32,000 nucleotides of DNA from contig CAWHPS010000035.1 in the NCBI GenBank assembly GCA_963831235.1, positions 44,725 to 76,724 on the forward strand, read 5' to 3'. Of this stretch, positions 1-7,596 are shown piece by piece; positions within the stretch are counted from its first letter, which is position 1, and every line of letters starts with the position of its first letter. Below the pieces are notes generated by a model. The model saw nothing but the letters and a program-made list of their open reading frames with translations, did no database searches and had not been told where the DNA came from. Source of the stretch: an uncultured Fibrobacterota bacterium. GTDB lineage: Bacteria; Fibrobacterota; OXYB2-FULL-49-7; JAEUSG01. Made by a program: the position numbers and the translations under genes.

Positions 1-2511
1 TAGTTCCATCAGGAAAATTGCCAGGAAACCACCTCCAAGGGACATTAACAAGTCGTTCAGAGTTACGGTGCCGAATCTGAAAAGACCCTGTAAAAACGGG
101 ATGGTTAGCACCAGGGAAATAACTGTGACCGTGCCTCCTATTACCCACCACAACGCAATGTTTTTCTCTTTAAGCATGCTGAAAATTGATCGGGTAAACG
201 ATCTATTTGTCAAAATCATTCCGAGATTGCATATAACCAGTGTCAAAAAGGCGAGAGAACGGCCCGCTTCCGCTGAATGATCCTGTCTTACTATGGAATA
301 TATTCCTAATGTTATTCCGAAAGTAACTATTCCCTGAACAATACAACGAAAGAGTGTTCCTGCGTTGAATAAACTGGCATTGATTTTTCGAGGGTTTCGA
401 TTCATGACTTTATTGTCATCCTTCTCTCCCTCGAATACGAGCGTACATGCAGGGTCGATTATCAATTCAAGAAATACGATGTGTATGGGAAACAGGATTA
501 ACGGCCATTTGAATATTACCGGAATCAGAGAAAGACCTGCAATTGGAATATGCACGGACAGAATGTACATCATGGCTTTTTTTAAGTTATCGTAAATACG
601 CCGGCCCATTCGTATTGCGGTTACTATCGAGTTGAAGTCATCGTCCAAAAGAACCAGGGATGCGGATTCGCGAGCCACATCCGTACCGCGGCCTCCCATG
701 GCAATACCAATGTGCGCGGCCTTGAGTGCGGGAGCGTCATTGACACCATCTCCGGTCATGGCCACAACTTCATTGTTTAATTTAAGGGCCTTTACAATAC
801 GCAGCTTTTGTTCAGGAACCATACGCGCAAATACATTTACCGTTTTTATCCGCATTGCCAACTGTTCATCGGTCATTTTCTCAAGATCAGCGCCAATTAT
901 ATGTTCTTCAAGATTTTTCAGGCCAAGCTGACGGGCAATGCTAAGGGCCGTACCAGGATAGTCTCCGGTTATCATGATGGTTCTTATTCCCGCGCCGTAG
1001 CATTCGCTTATGGCTTCGCGCACCATTGGCCTCACTGGGTCTTCAAGCCCCAGAAGACCGATGAATTTAAAATCGAAATCATGCTGCTGAAGAGGCAGAT
1101 CCCCTTTTTCATAAATCGCGCAGGCAACACCAATGACCCGTCGGCCCTCATTGCTCAACATATTGATATTGGATACAAGGCTTTTTGTCTGCATACCATC
1201 CAAGTGACAGATATCTGCTATGGCCTCTGGTGCACCTTTGGCGGCAATGACCAGTCTGTTATCTTTTTCCGATATCCATACTCGTGACATTGCGAGTAGC
1301 TCCCTTGTTAAAGGATACTCACGCTGCAGCGTCCATGTTTTGTGGAGATGTTCAGTTGTACTGAGTGTATGTTCACCAAGCTCCTTCATTGCTTTTTCCA
1401 TTGGGTCGAACGGATCAGCCGGACTGGCAAGAATACTGTATTCGACAACCTCGTGAAACTCCTCTGGGATATCGTTTCTTCCGGAGGTGACGGTGAACCT
1501 TTTATCTCCGGTCATGATATCCTTGACAATCATTTTATTCATTGTCAGGGTTCCTGTTTTATCAACACAAAGCACCGTTGCCGATCCTAATGTTTCAACT
1601 GCCGGAACCCTTCGAGTAAGAACGCGGTATTTTGAGATACGCCATGCCCCAAGCGCCAGAAAAACCGTAAGAACAACTGGAAACTCCTCGGGCAGGATTG
1701 CCATGGCAAGAGAAAGCCCTGCTAAAAAACCTTCGAGCAGCTTGCCCCGTGTGATCCAGTAAATAACAACAATGAGGGCGCATAATGATGCGCCAAAAAT
1801 GGCAAATGTTCGGACAATCTTTCCGGTTTGAACCTGGAGAGGAGTTTTTTCCTCTTTAAGCGTCAGCAGTGCTTTTCCTATTTTACCCAGCTCAGTACGT
1901 ACTCCAGTGGCTTTCACAACACCTACGGCTTGTCCTGAAACAACAAGAGTGCCAGAAAAAACAAACGGTAGATCATCTCCACCCGGTTTGCCCATTTCAC
2001 TTTTGCTGTCTTCAACCGAGGATTTCCGTACAGGTACGGACTCACCGGTAAGATGCGATTCATCTGCGGAGAAATTAAGAGCATGGATCAGAAGAGCATC
2101 AGCAGGAACACGATCTCCTTCGGATAAAAGTATGATGTCATCTCGAACAACCTCACGCCCAGGAATACGGCTTTTTACACTCTGACGCAAAACATGCGCA
2201 CGAGGGCTTGAAAGATCGCGTAAAGCCTCAAGTGCCCTTTCGGTTTTACGTTCCTGATAAAAAGTAATACCGATAATGACAAAAACGAATCCGAGAAGCA
2301 TTAGTGCTTCCTTTAATTCTCCTGATACAAGATAAAGCCCGCCGCAGACCATAAGAAGGAGAAACATAGGCTCTTTAAGAACACTTTTAAGAATATCCAA
2401 TGATTTTCGCCTGGCCTGTGACGGCAATTCATTTGGACCGTCCTGTGCCAGGCGCTCCTCAACATCTTTTTGTAAGAGGCCGCTTAATTTATCAATATCA
2501 AGTATTTGCAT
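1..2511 (-). CDS. Cation-translocating P-type ATPase (P2-type-like); 3' end lies beyond the window
   Basis: Missing from the supplied ORF track because no stop codon falls in the window. The reverse frame opens at ATG 2511-2509 with an SD-like AGGTGG just upstream and stays open for 837 codons to position 1. My translation starts MQILDIDKLSGLLQKDVEERLAQDGPNELP. It contains the actuator motif HLTGESVPV, a PEEFPVV TM4 motif and the phosphorylation site CVDKTGTLT. Confidence 0.9.
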   Translation of the reverse strand, partial: MQILDIDKLSGLLQKDVEERLAQDGPNELPSQARRKSLDILKSVLKEPMFLLLMVCGGLYLVSGELKEALMLLGFVFVIIGITFYQERKTERALEALRDLSSPRAHVLRQSVKSRIPGREVVRDDIILLSEGDRVPADALLIHALNFSADESHLTGESVPVRKSSVEDSKSEMGKPGGDDLPFVFSGTLVVSGQAVGVVKATGVRTELGKIGKALLTLKEEKTPLQVQTGKIVRTFAIFGASLCALIVVIYWITRGKLLEGFLAGLSLAMAILPEEFPVVLTVFLALGAWRISKYRVLTRRVPAVETLGSATVLCVDKTGTLTMNKMIVKDIMTGDKRFTVTSGRNDIPEEFHEVVEYSILASPADPFDPMEKAMKELGEHTLSTTEHLHKTWTLQREYPLTRELLAMSRVWISEKDNRLVIAAKGAPEAIADICHLDGMQTKSLVSNINMLSNEGRRVIGVACAIYEKGDLPLQQHDFDFKFIGLLGLEDPVRPMVREAISECYGAGIRTIMITGDYPGTALSIARQLGLKNLEEHIIGADLEKMTDEQLAMRIKTVNVFARMVPEQKLRIVKALKLNNEVVAMTGDGVNDAPALKAAHIGIAMGGRGTDVARESASLVLLDDDFNSIVTAIRMGRRIYDNLKKAMMYILSVHIPIAGLSLIPVIFKWPLILFPIHIVFLELIIDPACTLVFEGEKDDNKVMNRNPRKINASLFNAGTLFRCIVQGIVTFGITLGIYSIVRQDHSAEAGRSLAFLTLVICNLGMILTNRSFTRSIFSMLKEKNIALWWVIGGTVTVISLVLTIPFLQGLFRFGTVTLNDLLMSLGGGFLAIFLMEL

Positions 2512-2540
2512 ATTCCACCTATTGGTTCTTAATGAAATCC

Positions 2541-3080
2541 TTATTGCCCATTTGCTAAATGATGGCTTGCTGAATGAGGTGATTCAGTAACTTTGGCAAT
2601 ATGAGCGAGTCCAATAGCAGAGAGAATAAACAGAAAATGAATCCCCATTTGTCCGTAAACATTTATCCTGTCAAGTTTATCAATCTCAATAAATGATTTT
2701 AAAAGATGAATTGAACTGATTCCGATTAAGGCCATTGAAAGTTTGACCTTCATTGTGCTGGCATTGATATGATCCAGCCAGTCCGGTGGATTTTGTTCGC
2801 TGAAATGGATTTTTGCCACAAAGGTATGATAGCCGCCGATAATGACCATTATAAGAAGGTTTGAAATCATGACAACATCAATAAGTCCCAAAACCATGAG
2901 CATAATGTCCTGTTCGTTGAACTTTCCCAAACCTCGAATAAGATGTAAAAGCTCCTTGCAAAACTGGTACACATATATTCCCTGTGCCACAATAAGGCCA
3001 AAATATAATGGCGCCTGAAGCCACTGGCTTGCCACAATGACATTTGAAAAAATATTGCCTGGTTTCAATCCTTTTTGCAT
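2541..3080 (-). CDS. yqhA: YqhA / UPF0114 family inner-membrane protein
   Basis: The 179-aa ORF aligns by eye with E. coli YqhA: SQWLQAPLYFGL, GLIDVVMISNLL, GISSIHLLKSF. It is co-directional with the ATPase start and 29 bp upstream of it. Confidence 0.8.
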   Translation of the reverse strand: MQKGLKPGNIFSNVIVASQWLQAPLYFGLIVAQGIYVYQFCKELLHLIRGLGKFNEQDIMLMVLGLIDVVMISNLLIMVIIGGYHTFVAKIHFSEQNPPDWLDHINASTMKVKLSMALIGISSIHLLKSFIEIDKLDRINVYGQMGIHFLFILSAIGLAHIAKVTESPHSASHHLANGQ

Positions 3081-3127
3081 TTTACTCCTTTCAAAATGTA
3101 ATTATGGTTTTACCTTTTATAGCACTT

Positions 3128-3334
3128 TTATTCTTCAACATCTACTATATACCCATTTTCTATAAGCATCGAAATTACCGCCTCCCTGTTCTTCCAGTTA
3201 ACATTAATAATATTAAATGATTCATTCTTTATACAGGCCATGTTGGCGCCCATATCCGTTAGTTTCTTGAGTATTTCCGGATTAAAACAGGAGGAAGATT
3301 TGGTAACCTTGATCCAACGGTTCAATCTGGGCAT
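3128..3334 (-). CDS. Hypothetical small protein (68 aa)
   Basis: AAGGAG SD about 10 nt upstream of the ATG. It lies between flgB and yqhA on the same strand. No family motif recognised. Confidence 0.5.
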   Translation of the reverse strand: MPRLNRWIKVTKSSSCFNPEILKKLTDMGANMACIKNESFNIINVNWKNREAVISMLIENGYIVDVEE

Positions 3335-3416
3335 TTTATTTGTTCTCCTTTATAATATGCTAAGGAAATTCCCTTTTTCGGCATAACAGGTTTCATTTAT
3401 TGCTTTTAAATTATAT

Positions 3417-3842
3417 TTACTGCATTCTGCCGTTTATTGCACTCTTCAGTTTCGAGAACCCTGCAAATTTAATGCTGAAATTATATAATATCTGGTTTTC
3501 CGCAAGTTTGGCAGCTTCTATGTCAATGTCCACATTATTTTTACCCGAAGCATTTGATGGATCATAGGGCTCATAGCTTTCCGGATGTACCTTCTTTAGC
3601 GCCGCCTTTTTCCCGATTTCAATATGTTCCGGTTGGGTTCGAGCACCCTCACTTTTAATTTTCAAAGCTTTCCTTAAAGCTTCTTCAAAAGCAACCTCCT
3701 TCCGCTGATATCCAGGAACATCAACATTCGCCACATTTTGTGCAACAGCCTTGCTTCGAAGCATGCTTGCATCCAGGCTTTTGTAAACAGCCTGCCGTGT
3801 CTGTGTACGAAACAAATGATCTCCGACTTTTTTTGTATCCAT
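3417..3842 (-). CDS. flgB: Flagellar basal-body rod protein FlgB
   Basis: 141 aa with a GAGGAGG SD upstream. It has the N-terminal rod-protein signature AQNVANVDVPGYQRKEV and a C-terminal NNVDIDIEAAKLAENQILYN block typical of FlgB. No flgC or fliE follows. Confidence 0.8.
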   Translation of the reverse strand: MDTKKVGDHLFRTQTRQAVYKSLDASMLRSKAVAQNVANVDVPGYQRKEVAFEEALRKALKIKSEGARTQPEHIEIGKKAALKKVHPESYEPYDPSNASGKNNVDIDIEAAKLAENQILYNFSIKFAGFSKLKSAINGRMQ

Positions 3843-4320
3843 TTTAAAGATCTCCTCCTCAGGTTAAAAATCAACCGCTTGTACTTTTGGGAAAGGTAAA
3901 AACGGAAAACAGGATGGTTTAGATTATCAGACATATCGTCGAAAAACTATCGAGAAAAGTATTCGGGCAAAAGCAGACATGTATGGGAATACCAGGTCTG
4001 GAACCAGTTGTCATTTCTTCGCGAAAGAGGATTAACGGAAGATAAACCTGATCCAGGGAGGTTCGTCGTACTTTGACAGCATGATTCTGACCATTTATTG
4101 TGCAATTACAATTCGGTCCGGATAGAGCAATACTGATTTCCGAATGGTTCACCTTAATCCCAGAACAGCAGCAATCATCATCTGACAAATTCAATTGGAG
4201 GCAGATAAAAAAAGCAGTAAATAAAATATATGATGCTTTAAAGACCATTATGATAATTTATGATATTCCACTTTGGTTTTCAACATTTTTGTATCACTAA
4301 CGGACTTGAATCTGTTATAT
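3638..4320. repeat. Copy A of a ~683-bp diverged direct repeat (flgB 5' 205 bp plus ~480 bp of upstream region)
   Basis: Direct alignment with 5256-5938. There are 5 differences in the 205-bp flgB part, and identity falls toward the distal end. One internal patch (about 4110-4230) is much more divergent. Confidence 0.9.
3919..4248 (-). CDS. Hypothetical Cys-rich small protein (orf109-A), hydrophobic N-terminus
   Basis: 109-aa ORF upstream of flgB with a paralogue at 5536-5865. In codons 51-100 the two copies differ by 5 silent changes and 1 replacement, which suggests real coding. Against this, there is no SD upstream and no recognisable family. Confidence 0.4.
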   Translation of the reverse strand: MVFKASYILFTAFFICLQLNLSDDDCCCSGIKVNHSEISIALSGPNCNCTINGQNHAVKVRRTSLDQVYLPLILFREEMTTGSRPGIPIHVCFCPNTFLDSFSTICLII

Positions 4321-4556
4321 ACACTGATTAACTTCGCGGGCAACCATAAAAAGCTGTTGTGTATTGTCAAAAAAATGACTATCTTAAACATGAGGAAGAG
4401 TAAACAAAGCGAAGAATGATGCGCCCTGGCAGCCCATCAAATGCTGCTGAGAACTTTTGATTGTCGAGTTATACAACTATAAGAGTTTCTCAAAGTAATC
4501 TGAAACTGCTTGTGAAAATCCATGTCTTCCACATTGAAAAGCAGGATTAACATACC

Positions 4557-5255
4557 ATGACCACGAATTTTCCTAACGGACTACCACGGAATAAGAATTT
4601 TCTTTTTCTGGTCCGCACAACACCCGAAGGCCGGCTCCTTCTTGCCTTTTTCGGGGTCGCGTTCATCCTAATCGCCATGCTGGTTTATAATATAATTTAT
4701 GACCCGGTAACAGCCGCTGTCATGAGCGAAATTGTAACTGTAAATTCAATGGGGGGGCGCGGACCTGCCGTGGGTCTTTGTTTCTATGCAGGCTGGGCAG
4801 CATGGCAGGCGTATTTGTATAATGTTCTGCTTGAAACGGCCAATCTTTTTCTCATCTATTCTCTTTTTACCCTGTCGGTCCACCATTACCTGGAATTCCA
4901 ATGGCTTACACGGCTTAGAAACAATGCGGAAAAAACAGCCCACCGTTTCGAGCACTGGATCAGCCGTTATGGTTTCTGGGGAGTCATGGTTTTTGTTGCA
5001 ATTCCGCTTCCTTTTACAGGGCCGGTAATAGGTTCCATTATCGCCTATTTCCTGAAGTTCAGCGTTAAAAAAACCCTACTCGCTACAATACCCGGTTTTA
5101 TGCTGTCCATAGGTGTATGGGTTCTCTTTTTTAATAAGCTTCAAGAGAATAGAACAGCTTTCATGACAGTGTTTATCGCGCTGATTGTCATTACTCTTTT
5201 CGGGCTTGTCAAAATTCTTTACACCATGTTGAGCGGAAAGAAGGAGAACAGATGA
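4557..5255 (+). CDS. Polytopic membrane protein, possibly of the small multidrug-export (COG2426/PF06695-like) family
   Basis: 232 aa with several hydrophobic helices and an IPLPFTGPVIGSIIAYFL segment reminiscent of that family. The family assignment is from memory only. The stop codon at 5253-5255 abuts repeat copy B exactly. Confidence 0.6.
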   Translation: MTTNFPNGLPRNKNFLFLVRTTPEGRLLLAFFGVAFILIAMLVYNIIYDPVTAAVMSEIVTVNSMGGRGPAVGLCFYAGWAAWQAYLYNVLLETANLFLIYSLFTLSVHHYLEFQWLTRLRNNAEKTAHRFEHWISRYGFWGVMVFVAIPLPFTGPVIGSIIAYFLKFSVKKTLLATIPGFMLSIGVWVLFFNKLQENRTAFMTVFIALIVITLFGLVKILYTMLSGKKENR

Positions 5256-5291
5256 TTCGAGCACCCTCACTTTTAATTTTCAAATCCTTCC

Positions 5292-5459
5292 TTAAGCTTC
5301 TTCAAAAGCAACCTCCTTCCGCTGATATCCAGGAACATCAACATTCGCCACATTTTGTGCAATAGCTTTGCTTCGAAGCATGCTTGCATCCAGGCTTTTG
5401 TAAACAGCCTGCCGTGTCTGTGTACGAAACAAATGATCTCCGACTTTTTTTGTATCCAT
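5292..5459 (-). pseudogene. flgB: Truncated flgB 5' fragment
   Basis: It reads MDTKKVGDHLFRTQTRQAVYKSLDASMLRSKAIAQNVANVDVPGYQRKEVAFEEA, then stops. A 1-nt deletion relative to copy A (TTTAAGG to TTAAGG) creates a TAA. Homology ends at 5256. Confidence 0.8.
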
Positions 5460-5535
5460 TTTAAAGATCTCCTTCTCAGGTTAAAAATCAACCGCTTGTA
5501 ATTTTGGGAAAGGTAAAGACGGAAAACAGGATGGT

Positions 5536-5865
5536 TTAGATTATCAGACGTATCGTCGAAAGACTATCAAGAAAAGTATTCGGGCAAAAGCAGACATGTA
5601 TGGGAATACTAGGTCTGGAACCGGTTGTCATTTCTTCTCGAAAGAGTATTAACGGAAGATAAACCTGATCCAGGGAGGTTCGTCGTACTTTGACAGCATG
5701 ATTCTGGCCATTTATTGCGCAATTACAATCCGGTGCGGATAGAGCAATACCGCTTTTCGAATGGTCCATCCTTATAGCAGAACAACGGCAAACATCATCT
5801 GACAAATTCAATTGGAGGCAAACGAAAAAAGCAGTAAATAAAATATATAATGCTTTAAAGAACAT
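5536..5865 (-). CDS. Hypothetical Cys-rich small protein (orf109-B), paralogue of 3919-4248
   Basis: Same length and frame as orf109-A with 18 of 109 residues different. Fifteen of those fall in residues 1-50 and none in 51-85. Confidence 0.4.
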   Translation of the reverse strand: MFFKALYILFTAFFVCLQLNLSDDVCRCSAIRMDHSKSGIALSAPDCNCAINGQNHAVKVRRTSLDQVYLPLILFREEMTTGSRPSIPIHVCFCPNTFLDSLSTIRLII

Positions 5866-6018
5866 GGACAGAATTTATGATATTCCATTGTAGTTTTCAA
5901 CATTTTCATATCGGTAAATGCCTTAAATCTGTTTTATAGATGAAAGACCCTTTATTTTTGGATCAACTGCAATTGCAGTGGGTCTCACTCTATGAAATGG
6001 ATTTGAAACTCAATCAAA

Positions 6019-7231
6019 TCAGTGATTTCCCAGATTTCCGCATTTGCGGAGTATTTTAAGACGAAAATATTGCCAATCATGAAACCCATAAGCATTTTTC
6101 TTGATTGTCTTGACAACATTGTTGAACCCTTCACTCAGGCCGTTGGTACACCGGAGCTTGAAGAAATTCAGAATGCCAAATCGTCGACGGTTGAGCATCT
6201 TGATGTAATCGAGGATTTCTTTAATACCGCTTTCCCGAGCACGGTGTTTCCACTCACTCAGTTCGGCGCGTGCTTGCCGGGGATTCATCCGGCGGAAAAC
6301 AACCCGCAAATCCTCCTTGAGGATATACGCAGTGTTCAATGTTTCGTTTGCGGGCAAGCGGAGCAGGTCTTTGAGCCGGACACGTTGCGACTGCTTCAAA
6401 TCTTCCCTTGGGCGCAAAAGCAAATAGCGGGAACCTTTCAAAAGGCGTCTCCCCTCTGGTGGAAGTTTCGCTTTGGAGCCGTCGACGAATATTGTCGATA
6501 GCCAAGCTCAGAGGCTTGATAACATGAAAATGATCGTAGACGATTTTGACGCGCGGACAACGAGCCCGGATTTCTGCTTCATAGGGGTTGTGCATGTCAA
6601 TGACCACGCATCGAAGTCGGCGGCTTCGTTTTTGGCCAAACCAGCTGAAGAACTTTCGCAAGGTTGCTCGGTTGCGGTTTCGTCCCACCCAAATAACGCG
6701 GTGGCTTTCCAAATCGGTTACAATCGTCAGGTAGCGATGCCCTTTTTTCTCGGCCACTTCGTCGATACCCAGAATGGTAATTCCGTCCAAGTTCCGCTTT
6801 CTCAACAAACCAACGATATGGCGAATTTCAGCATCCTTGATTGTCCTCCAATCAGTTCCTGTCCAATCGGATACATCTTTCAATGTCGTACCACCTGTCA
6901 ACTGAAACAGCCACCGCTCGTACCGACGAGTACATCGAGATTGGGGACGTGCTATTGGAAGAGAAACCCGACGAACTCCACATTGAGGACAGTCAATTCG
7001 ATGTCGACAAACCCACAGCCAGACTTTATGCGGACCGATATTCAAATCTCGCAGACGAACCCATACATGATCGTAGTGATGTTGGAACGTCCGGCCACAC
7101 CCATCGCACGTCCATTTGTGTTTCCTTGGTTCCAGCCAAATTTCAAGACTTTTCTTGTTGTGTCTTTTCCATGTAACTACACCATAACTTTGAAGTCCCA
7201 AGAACGAATTGATAATATTATCATTGGACAT
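6019..7231 (-). pseudogene. ISL3-family transposase interrupted by a single frameshift
   Basis: The N-terminal frame (6254-7231) has zinc-finger-like CDGCG...CPQCG and DDE-type blocks (ILGIDEVA, IVTDLESHRVIWV, VVIDMHNPY). The C-terminal frame (6019-6441) has KGSRYLLLRPREDL and CTNGLSEGFNNVVKTIKKNAYGF. The frames switch near the C4 run at 6451-6454. Confidence 0.85.
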
Positions 7232-7384
7232 CCCTCTGTCTCCTGGTTAAAGATTGTCACCAACAACCTTATACCAGAACGGGGGATGTCTTTTCAACTT
7301 TTACTCACATCAATGATCCTTCGAATAGATTTTCATCTTACTATAGACGCAATACACATTTTGCTCTTGAACTGCAGTGAAAAT

Positions 7385-7439
7385 ATTCCTTGGAAAAAGC
7401 CCCCCTGCTTTTTTGGAGCAGGGGCTTTTTCCAAGGAAT
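7385..7439. terminator. Strong bidirectional terminator-like hairpin inside the IS, between IRR and the transposase start
   Basis: ATTCCTTGGAAAAAGCCCC(CC)TGC-loop-GCAGGGGCTTTTTCCAAGGAAT. This gives a 19-bp perfect stem plus 3 more pairs after a 2-nt bulge, with an A-tract/GC-stem/T-tract layout. Confidence 0.6.
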
Positions 7440-7596
7440 ATCATAGAGATAAGTGAAATAATAGGCTTAAGAAGAATGCTACAACCCTTGACATCGCGCT
7501 TTTAGCATGGGTACCCACTGCAATTGCAGAAGAACCTTATTTTTGTTGTTTCCATACGTATGGTGCACTTATTTTTTATGTTATTGGAGGATAACA

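Larger units (their letters stand above)
5256..5938. repeat. Copy B of the ~683-bp direct repeat
   Basis: Aligns with 3638-4320. It starts one base after the stop of the 232-aa gene and ends about 14 bp before the ISL3 target-site duplication. Confidence 0.9.
5960..7536 (-). mobile_element. ISL3-family insertion sequence (1577 bp)
   Basis: Terminal inverted repeats are GGATCAACTGCAATTGCAGTGGGT (5960-5983) and ACCCACTGCAATTGCAGAAGAACC (7513-7536), matching at 21 of 24 positions. Perfect 8-bp direct repeats TTATTTTT flank it at 5952-5959 and 7537-7544. It encodes an ISL3-type transposase. Confidence 0.85.

Noticed and set aside
68-2185. Series of plus-strand ORFs (70-159 aa) in the supplied track
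   Set aside because: They lie antisense to an uninterrupted 837-codon minus-strand P-type ATPase frame with clear TGES and DKTGT motifs. Their translations are low-complexity with no motifs.
3674-3934. 86-aa minus-strand ORF, with its twin at 5273-5491
   Set aside because: It is an alternative frame overlapping the flgB 5' region. It appears twice only because the DNA is duplicated, and the FlgB frame carries the family signature.
4101-4230. Hypervariable patch between repeat copies as a diversity-generating retroelement TR/VR pair
   Set aside because: The mismatches are of all types (T/C, C/G, A/C, A/T, G/A) rather than adenine-specific. No reverse transcriptase is nearby.
3843-4320. Riboswitch, for example c-di-GMP, in the long region upstream of flgB
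   Set aside because: I could not match the conserved GEMM cores. Differences between the two copies are not compensatory in the candidate stems I tried, and the silent/replacement pattern favours coding instead.
6022-7456. Plus-strand ORFs of 159, 327 and 111 aa
   Set aside because: They are antisense shadows of the ISL3 transposase and have no recognisable motifs. The 327-aa ORF runs through the IS-internal hairpin.
7507-7596. Upstream extensions of track ORFs (7507 for DUF362, 19913 for the dsbD-like gene, 20473 for acr3, 29985 for the oxidoreductase, 14522 for the OMF)
   Set aside because: The extensions overlap the IS inverted repeat or the preceding gene. Internal ATGs have SD sequences and give canonical N-termini (TAT signal, Acr3 start, Rossmann start, signal peptide).
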